From a virus, in IMG/VR virus record IMGVR_UViG_3300033066_001156: 64,000 nt of DNA; one strand, written 5' to 3'. Both the position numbers and the translations under genes were made by a program. This document shows positions 9,375 through 17,300 of this stretch, piece after piece (positions within the stretch are counted from its first letter, which is position 1; each line of letters starts with the position of its first letter). The notes below the pieces were generated by a model. The model saw only the letters and a list, made by a program, of their open reading frames with translations. It did no database searches and was not told the DNA's origin.

Positions 9375-10912
9375 AGACTCTCCTGCGATCAACGTTTTTA
9401 TCCCTTCCGACAGACGATCCGGATTTATCATTTCGGAATTACCTCCTCCTGTCGGAATCAGGGTTGGGGTTTGATCTAACGGAAGATAATGCTTTGTGGG
9501 AGTTCATTCGTGACTTTTCTAGGACCCACAACCATTCCCCCAACATTCGATCCGTTCGGTCCCATTTTGAATCCTTACGGAAACCAGAGCCTATTGACAG
9601 GCTTGAAGTCCTTAGTACACTCAAACCTCTCTATAAAGGCGACTTTGTAAAACACTTAGAAGAGAGAGCCGAGGAAAGGCGCATACGACTCGTTATCGAC
9701 CTTCTTCGAGAAGCCGGAAATATTGTTCAAACCGGGATCGAAATTCAGGAGGGCAAGGAAAAGCGTCTGATTCGAGGTCCCATTGATGCCCTTCGTCATA
9801 TCATCACAAAGAGCCACGACATTGTCATGCCTACTACGGGGGGTAGGCTTTCCGGTGAGATTACGACGGATGGGAAGGATTTCCTAGAGGAATGTGAGAG
9901 GATCAAAAATGATCCACTTGCTGGCGTAGGTCAATTTACTGGAATTGAACAGATGGACCACGCCCTGAAAGGGGCAAAAAAATACGAGCTCTGGACTCAT
10001 GCCGCATTCACTGGGGGGTTGAAGTCGACTCTAGCCCTTAATTGGGCTTACAACCAAGCGGTGTATATGAAGTATGATTCGTGCTTCTTTAGCTTGGAGA
10101 TGCCATACATACAATGCCGTCGCATCCTCTATGCAATGCATAGCTATCATGGGAAGTTCAAGGATGTAAGGGTTCGTATGGGTATCCAGAAGAACCCTGG
10201 CCCAAACGTTGGGCTTGATTATGGGAAGATTCGAGATGGTGAATTGTCTTCTGTCGAGTATGACTTCCTTGAGCAGTATGTTGTGCCAGACTTCAATAGT
10301 GGAAACTATGGTCGGATCAACCTTGAGGTAGCAGACCCTGACAAAACGGACTTCACAGTAGCAGACCTTCGGTCAAGAGCCGAATTGATTTACAGCAAGA
10401 ATCCATTCACTCTGCTTTTCGTTGACCACGCTTTGCTCCTCGGTGCTCGCAAGTGGGTACCGTCCCAGACGGATCGGTTGAATGAGGTTCTGAGGGATCT
10501 CAAGCGACTAGCTATGAATTTCAATCGGGGATCCGGTATGGCCGTTGTTGTTCTATTTCAGATTAGCCGTGAGGGGTTCAAAGCGGCGGAAAAGGCCGCC
10601 GAAAAATCTAATGGGACTTATTCTCAAGGCCCCTATAACCTCACCCACCTTAGCTACGCCAACGAGGCGGAACGATCTTCCGACATTGTAACTGCTAGTT
10701 ACGTTGACAATGAGTTGAGGTCTCAAAGTAGAGTTCTTTTTCAATGTTTGAAGGCTCGTGACCATGCTCCTTTCCAGAACTTTTTTGCCAGGGTGGAGTG
10801 GCCTTGCCGTCGCATTCTTACCTCTCATGAAGTTCCGATGATTCAACCTACAACACCATCCAAGAAGGATGGCAACAAAGCAACACTGGACGAGATTTCC
10901 GATCTACTATGA
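9371..10912 (+). CDS. DnaB-like replicative DNA helicase
   Basis: RecA-fold Walker A FTGGLKSTLALNWAYNQA; FSLEM (H1a-like); LLFVDHALLL (Walker B-like); VVVLFQISRE. Confidence 0.75.
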   Translation: MKTLLRSTFLSLPTDDPDLSFRNYLLLSESGLGFDLTEDNALWEFIRDFSRTHNHSPNIRSVRSHFESLRKPEPIDRLEVLSTLKPLYKGDFVKHLEERAEERRIRLVIDLLREAGNIVQTGIEIQEGKEKRLIRGPIDALRHIITKSHDIVMPTTGGRLSGEITTDGKDFLEECERIKNDPLAGVGQFTGIEQMDHALKGAKKYELWTHAAFTGGLKSTLALNWAYNQAVYMKYDSCFFSLEMPYIQCRRILYAMHSYHGKFKDVRVRMGIQKNPGPNVGLDYGKIRDGELSSVEYDFLEQYVVPDFNSGNYGRINLEVADPDKTDFTVADLRSRAELIYSKNPFTLLFVDHALLLGARKWVPSQTDRLNEVLRDLKRLAMNFNRGSGMAVVVLFQISREGFKAAEKAAEKSNGTYSQGPYNLTHLSYANEAERSSDIVTASYVDNELRSQSRVLFQCLKARDHAPFQNFFARVEWPCRRILTSHEVPMIQPTTPSKKDGNKATLDEISDLL

Positions 10913-11310
10913 CAACCCATTCTATTCCAAGACTTGTTCCCTCCGTTGAAGAGTTTGTCTCGATGTTGGATCCAAAAAGTCCTTTGGGGATTCTTTTGGC
11001 CCAAGATGACTACATCCGTGAAGCTACAGGAGGGAGGGTGTCTGTCCTTGTTTGCCTCGATACGGTCGACTCAGGGTTTCGAAGCTATACTTTTGTCTTC
11101 CATTCCAATGTTACTTCTTTTAGGGTGGCAATGTTCACCCTTCACGTTGGAGTGGCTATGAATTATCCCGTTCGGATTTCCTTCCTTAAAGGGGAAGGTA
11201 ACAGGAACATGACCCTGGATTTGAATTCGGAAGAGGAATTTGTGACTTCTGTTCGACAATTTCTATGCTCTTCCGATTCGTTGGCGACAATTCGAAACCT
11301 TAGCACATGA
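10909..11310 (+). CDS. Hypothetical protein
   Basis: 133-aa ORF, ATGA overlap with the upstream helicase gene, same strand. Confidence 0.4.
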   Translation: MTTHSIPRLVPSVEEFVSMLDPKSPLGILLAQDDYIREATGGRVSVLVCLDTVDSGFRSYTFVFHSNVTSFRVAMFTLHVGVAMNYPVRISFLKGEGNRNMTLDLNSEEEFVTSVRQFLCSSDSLATIRNLST

Positions 11311-11760
11311 TAAAAAAATCAACTCAAGAAGACACGTTATGGGTAGATGACATGCAGTGGCGTTGTACCCGGCATATTCCCAAGTCCATAGTCTACCCGT
11401 GGTTTATGGAAATATGTAAAACCTGTAAGTCTAACAGACCTACTCTGGAGTCAAGACCACCACCGCCAGAGACGTAATTCATTAGGTGAGCCAATATAGA
11501 ACTATCCACTTCCTCATCAACCCTTTCACCGAATCTAAATTCGCGATTGGTTGTCTGGTTGGGACCTGGGGTCGGGTTACTTTCGTAGAGGCATCGGTTC
11601 TTCCTTGCAGCTCGTGTTTGGGGGGTGGGAATGTGCCTCTGCTACAGTTTGCCCTACGATCCCTTCGAGCAACAAATGACCTGTATCGGGCTACACCATC
11701 CCCATCCGTATCTTTTGGTCCCGTGAGATACTCCGGTCTTGAGGGGGAAGATATGTTAAA

Positions 11761-12363
11761 TTGGGTCAAGTCCTATCTGGATGGTGTGCAATGAGCAGGG
11801 GAGAAAGACGGGCCGCTAGGATTCGGGATGAAGTGTCTATCGAGATGCTTCTCTCACATTATGGGTATCCGGTAGTTCCGGGTGCGAATAGGGAACAGCA
11901 GTTTCCGTGTGACCTTCACGGGGATGGGAGCGACGGTAAGCCGTCCGCCCGGTGTTATCCAGAAAACAATTCCTGGTATTGCTTTGCTTGTGGTAGATCC
12001 AGAGATGCAATTCAAACGGTGAGGGAGAAGGAAGGTTTATCCTTCCGAGATGCTCTTCAAACCCTGGAGAGACTTTTTAGACTTCCTGATCTTCCTTGGG
12101 AGGATGGTGACAGGGAAGTTCCCCCCGTGGATCTGGTAGAAGAATCTTTGAGCCTAAAACCCCCTGGGTTCACTGAAGCCTCGAAGAGGGCAGAGAGGAT
12201 TCTCCGTTCCATTACTTTGTCCAGAGAATTGCCCCTCGGCCTTGTTCTTTCCCTGTATGGCGATTACGATAAACTTGTTTCTTTTTCTGAGACGGATCCG
12301 GATTGTGCACTGGACGATATGGTAAGACTAGTGGATCGGTTGAAATCCATTGCAGGGGCATGA
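11761..12363 (+). CDS. DnaG-type primase CHC2 zinc-finger domain protein (no TOPRIM domain seen)
   Basis: FPCDLHGDGSDGKPSARCYPENNSWYCFACGRSRDAIQTVREKEGLSFRDAL matches the CHC2 zinc-binding domain of bacterial and phage primases. Confidence 0.65.
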   Translation: MGQVLSGWCAMSRGERRAARIRDEVSIEMLLSHYGYPVVPGANREQQFPCDLHGDGSDGKPSARCYPENNSWYCFACGRSRDAIQTVREKEGLSFRDALQTLERLFRLPDLPWEDGDREVPPVDLVEESLSLKPPGFTEASKRAERILRSITLSRELPLGLVLSLYGDYDKLVSFSETDPDCALDDMVRLVDRLKSIAGA

Positions 12364-12797
12364 AAGGAATCGTAACCACAAAACTACCCGATGCTGCTTG
12401 GGGGTTCCCAACCATAGCTAGGGTCATACCACGGGATGGTGACCCGTGGGGTTGCTTGAGTTCTCTACGCGACACTCCTTGGGAGCCGCTAATATCGATT
12501 ATTCCCGATTCTATTTTTGATCCGGCTATGAGGGGTTTTGCTACTCCCCTCATGCGAATCATTGGGCCCCCACCCAAGGCTCTAGTGAAGCGACTCCCCC
12601 TTGCGGAAACAACCTGTGCTATGAAGGGGTCGTGTGTAAGTTTTGGGCCTAATTGTGTACCCGGATCCAAGGTTCCGGATTGCTGGGAGCCCTCATCATT
12701 TTTCGGTCCTGATGCCGAAGCCGTGAACTACTTGGTTCGATTATGGCGTGAGGGTACACTAGTCATAGTTGTTGTACCCGGCGTAATAGAGGGGTGA
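12360..12797 (+). CDS. Hypothetical protein
   Basis: ATG at 12360 overlaps the upstream stop (ATGA); 146-aa ORF MKGIVTTKLP... Confidence 0.4.
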   Translation: MKGIVTTKLPDAAWGFPTIARVIPRDGDPWGCLSSLRDTPWEPLISIIPDSIFDPAMRGFATPLMRIIGPPPKALVKRLPLAETTCAMKGSCVSFGPNCVPGSKVPDCWEPSSFFGPDAEAVNYLVRLWREGTLVIVVVPGVIEG

Positions 12798-13153
12798 ACA
12801 GTTATTACCATGCCAAAAACTCAGCCAATCGCCATGGTGGAGTTCCTGAGGACTACCTCCCCGTACATAATTTCATTGACTCCACCAAAGCTGCAGTTGG
12901 GGACGTAAGGCACAGGGCTGTACTGCACAACGCTTTTGGTTGTTTTTTGGCCGAGAAAGTGATTGGCACTACCATCACGAACAGCGAAGGCCGCAAGGTA
13001 CCCGTTCGAATTATTGCTGAAGAGCATATTGTCGAAGACCTTGGTAAGCTTCCTACGCTAGAGGAATGCTTGGAGGGTCTCCCCGTAACTGATTTGCTTG
13101 CTGCTCGCATGAGAGTGGTAAAAAAGATTCCCATGAAAGAAGGAAATGTATGA
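12794..13153 (+). CDS. Hypothetical protein
   Basis: 119-aa ORF with ATGA overlap with the upstream gene. Confidence 0.4.
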   Translation: MNSYYHAKNSANRHGGVPEDYLPVHNFIDSTKAAVGDVRHRAVLHNAFGCFLAEKVIGTTITNSEGRKVPVRIIAEEHIVEDLGKLPTLEECLEGLPVTDLLAARMRVVKKIPMKEGNV

Positions 13154-13590
13154 CAACACTACAAGATTTTCGTAGACTGAAAGAAGAGTATGATTCCAAA
13201 TTGAAAGAGGATGGATTATCCGCTTTCAGAGAGGAGTTCTCTAAGTTTTTTGCCGAGCATCCGGATATTAAAGCCATTCGGTGGCACCAATATACCCCCT
13301 ACTTTAATGATGGGGAAGAATGTGTTTTTGACGTTTACCCACCGGATGTTTTCCCGTATCCATCTCCCCAAAAGGAGAAACCTTTGGATGAGTTCGAGGA
13401 CGAAGGGGATAATATTGAGGATCCGGATGGAGATCCCGATGATGACGGGTGGGAATATTTCCCTGGGGAGGTCAGGTCTTTTTGGGGATCTTTAGATGAC
13501 ACCACCCTGTTCCAAGCTGTATTCGGGGATCATGTGAGGGTTACGGCCACTAGGGAAGGGTTCACCGTTGAGGAGTATGACCATGACTGA
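13150..13590 (+). CDS. Hypothetical protein, tandem paralogue A (YTPYFNDG family)
   Basis: Shares with the next ORF the blocks FF(A/D)(E/A)HPDI.A.RW.QYTPYFNDG..C.F.VY ... FW..L.D...F...FGDHV....TREGFTV..Y(D/E)H. Confidence 0.6.
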   Translation: MTTLQDFRRLKEEYDSKLKEDGLSAFREEFSKFFAEHPDIKAIRWHQYTPYFNDGEECVFDVYPPDVFPYPSPQKEKPLDEFEDEGDNIEDPDGDPDDDGWEYFPGEVRSFWGSLDDTTLFQAVFGDHVRVTATREGFTVEEYDHD

Positions 13591-14011
13591 GACAATCCAT
13601 GAATTCAAACGAGCACGTGAAGCTCTTGATGAAAGGGTTAAAGCCAACGGTATTGCGGCCATGAAAGCTTCCTTCAGTGCTTTTTTTGACGCTCATCCCG
13701 ATATCTATGCCTTCAGGTGGACACAATACACCCCCTATTTCAACGACGGGGGTACGTGTGAATTTGGCGTGTATGACCTTGAGTACAAGTTGGGGGGAAA
13801 GCCAGACGGGTGGGCAAAGGATACCGATTTTGCAAAAGACTGGAACTTCTGCAGTTATGACGGCAATATCCAAGGTCCTTACGATTCGGAGGTTGAGGAT
13901 TTCTGGGAGGGTCTTAAAGACGAACCCATTTTCAAGACAATTTTCGGGGACCACGTAATTATCCTGGTAACTAGGGAGGGGTTCACTGTAGCCAAGTACG
14001 AACATGGCTGA
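13568..14011 (+). CDS. Hypothetical protein, tandem paralogue B (YTPYFNDG family)
   Basis: 147 aa; collinear similarity to 13150..13590 over the whole length; overlapping start/stop. Confidence 0.6.
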   Translation: MRSMTMTETIHEFKRAREALDERVKANGIAAMKASFSAFFDAHPDIYAFRWTQYTPYFNDGGTCEFGVYDLEYKLGGKPDGWAKDTDFAKDWNFCSYDGNIQGPYDSEVEDFWEGLKDEPIFKTIFGDHVIILVTREGFTVAKYEHG

Positions 14012-14321
14012 TGACTTCAAACAGAAGATGGTGGCGGCCTTGATCAAAAACCAGGAGGAAGGGGGGGAACCTTGGACTCTATGGCTACGGTGGGTACCCG
14101 CTCCTGAATCGTTCAAGTGCCCTCGGTGCAACGGAGCATTGGAGAGAACGGCCGGGGCAATCATCCGTGGCCCATACGCAGGTTCGGTGCGATGTGTGGC
14201 TTGTGACTACCGGAGCTCTGTGATGCGTTATCTGGCGGAACAAGCATTCAAGGTAGAACCACTTCCCCCGGGCGCCCTGCCCATCTACGACATGCAGCCT
14301 GACGACCCGGACACTAAATAG
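14004..14321 (+). CDS. Small zinc-ribbon protein
   Basis: CPRCNG...CVACDY double CxxC pair in a 105-aa ORF. Confidence 0.45.
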   Translation: MADDFKQKMVAALIKNQEEGGEPWTLWLRWVPAPESFKCPRCNGALERTAGAIIRGPYAGSVRCVACDYRSSVMRYLAEQAFKVEPLPPGALPIYDMQPDDPDTK

Positions 14322-14324
14322 GCG

Positions 14325-14356
14325 CCATAGCCCAGAGGCGTAATTCTGGGCTATGG
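14325..14356 (+). promoter_or_regulatory. Stem-loop (11-bp perfect stem, 10-nt loop) whose 3' arm contains the DNA polymerase start codon; candidate translational operator
   Basis: ccatagcccag (14325-14335) pairs with ctgggctATGg (14346-14356); no U-tract follows, so not a canonical intrinsic terminator. Confidence 0.4.
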
Positions 14357-17300
14357 ATCTGTTTGACTTCCTTGAAGATACACAAAAAATCAAAATCGAT
14401 CTGAAGCCCTGGATGTCAGACGGGGTGCACAAGGCAATCTTGTGCACCGCTGAGATGCTCCCAAAGGTCATTGACGATTGTGTTGCAAGTGGTCTTTATG
14501 GCATTGACACGGAGGGGACGGGGTTGGATACCCGTGTCTTCGATGGGGAGACCGTAGCCAAACTTGTGGGTTGCTGCCTTAGCCCGGACGGGAAAACAGG
14601 ATACTATATCCCTCTTCGTCACAAAGTTGGTGCACAACACAATGTCCCCTTTTCTCTTTGGAAGAGGGAGATGGCTCGGCTTATCAATTCTGATGCTAGA
14701 GCCATTTTCCACAACGCAAAGTACGATCAGGAAATGCTGCAGTTCTGTGGGGGTGAGCCCGTAGGGGAGTGGGATGACCCGAAGAAGTGGGAGGATACTC
14801 TTATTCTTGCCTATCTCCGGGATACAAGGGCTAAACAGAAGGGGTTGAAATTCTTAGCTAAGACCGAACTCGACATGGAAATGATTGAGTTGGAAGACTT
14901 GTTTCCTAAAGATAAAGTCAAATCGGGTCAGCTAGACTTTAGTGAACTAGACCCATCATGGGAGGTTGTCCCATGGTATGCCGGTAGTGACGCACTCATC
15001 ACTCGAAAGTTATACGATAAGCTCGCACCAAAAGTACTGGACCCGGGTGACGGTCTTCCCGGTCAGGGTCTTATCTATGGTATTGAGAAGCTTTGTGTGA
15101 CGGCTACCCGCTGGATGGAACGGGCTCGAATTATGACCGATCAGGAGAAGGCTAAAGAGCTTATCCGAATTGGTCAGAAAGAGTGGCTGGAATCCATCTC
15201 AGAGGTATATACGTCGGCCTCTGAGATTGTCGGTCGAGATATTTCTCCTGGATATTATCGCATTCTTATGGGTCGCCAGCCGGGGTATGAGGATCAGAAA
15301 TTCGACGTATCCGTGGTTCAACCGGGATACATGGTTCGGGTGGATGAAGCTAGACTTACCGCTGATAAAAACGGTCTCGACCCTACATTCAAGGACGCTA
15401 AGAAAAAAGTCAGGGTTCAAACAATCCAGAAGCGGGTACCCTCGATTGCAACAAAGGGGGTGATGGAAGAGGTTGACTTCCCTCTAGTCTACGACATTTT
15501 AGTCCCGGAAGAATTGGGGGCACTCTTACGTGAATGTAAGGTTCCCGGTTTGACCGTTACGGAAAAGTCGGGTCAAGTTGCTACGAACCAGGAAGAACTT
15601 GAGCGTGTGCTTGAGGAAGCCGGAGACAAGTATCCTTTTGCAGCGAAGATCAAGAGGTTTCGCGAGGTTTCCAAGGCACTTGGCACATATCTCTTGCCCT
15701 TGATTGAGGACAGTGCCCCGGATGGGAGCATTCGTATTCATTACAATGCCCACAAAATTGATACCGGCCGTTTTGCAGTATCCTCTTCCAGAAACCCGGC
15801 GTTGGATGGGGGGACGAGGTTTCCTATCCACGGAACTCCAGCTACATACGATCCTAAACGCCCAGAGTGTATGGGTCGTATTCGAGAATGTATCATTTCT
15901 CGTCCTGGGAAAATTATAGCTGCCTGTGTGGCCAAAGGGGAACTGGTCCATACAGGACGTGGGTTCCTGCCCATTGAAGATGTGGTGTCTGGTGACCGAG
16001 TAGTCACGGATGATGGTTTGAGAGGCGTGACCTGGGCCGGTTACACAGGTTCCAAGCCAGTCGTGAAACTGACCACGTCTAAGGGTATCACCCTTAGATT
16101 GACCGAAGATCATCGTGTCTACACCACTGGAGATAACGGTTTGGAGTGGAAGACCGTTGGGGAGATGAAACCTGGGGATTGGGTCGTTCACGCCTGGGGT
16201 CACATTGTGGGAGGGTCTGTTGAACTACCCCCCACTCCTGTTCTCACCCCACATGAGAAAACCATCAGGACACCCTCTGTGATGACCGGAGACCTTGCTG
16301 AGTTTCTCGGTCGGTTCATGGGGGACGGTTCTATCAGCCACCTTAACGGGGTAGAGAGAAGCATCAATTTCTCTCTTGGGTTGGACGTTGACGAGCTTCT
16401 CCCTCATCTCAATGGTCAGGCCGACACCCTGTTTGGAATTTCATTTAAACACCGGGGGCGAGGGGATGTGACCTGTTCTTCTAACCCTTTGTGCCGATGG
16501 GTGGATGACGTGACGGGTAAGGGTCAAAGTGATGTTCGTGGCCTATCCGTCCCACCATCGATCATGAGGGGGGGGTCCAACATTCACGCGATGTTCCTTC
16601 GTGGACTGTTTGATGCGGATGGATCGGTAGGTTCCCGATCGGGGGATGGTCTCTCCCTTTGGGTCACCAGTCCAAAGATGGCCCTAGAAGTCCAGGTGCT
16701 CTTGCATGGACTTGGGATCCACACCAAACGGGTGTGCTCTGAGCGCACCACAAATTTCGGTCACATCGTTGGGTATGCCATCACGGTATCTGGCATTCGT
16801 CCCCTTCAGCGATTCAGGGGGTTGGTTGGGTTCACCACGCAACGGAAGAAAGACTCTCTAGACAGGTTGGTCGGTCAGTCAAGGAACCGTGACTATTCCA
16901 GCACCGTTCCCCTTGACATCGCCCGCAAAGCAGTGAGGTATCAGCGAAGGAATGGACCCATGTGTATCACCCGCGGTAGGAGAGCAGGGCGGGTTACTTT
17001 CGAGGCTCTTGAAGCTTGTTTGAAGTTCCCAACTGACACAGACGCTCTTTCATTGAATCAGATTCTAACCAAGGACTGGTTTTTCGACACTGTAGTCAGT
17101 GTCAAACCCGATGGGGAGTCCGATGTCTACGACCTACACGTACCGGAAGGGTCACGTTTCACGGTCAATTCCGTCGTAGTGCACAATTGCGATTTCTCTG
17201 GTGTAGAGCTCCGTATTGCAACCAATATGAGTCGGGAGCCAAAGTGGCTTCGGGAGTTTTTTCACTGCTCTTCTTGTGACCGTATGTTTCCGGCTGGGGA

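Noticed and set aside
12212-12670. 152-aa minus-strand ORF
   Set aside because: Antisense to two plus-strand genes that are linked by ATGA overlaps; likely spurious.
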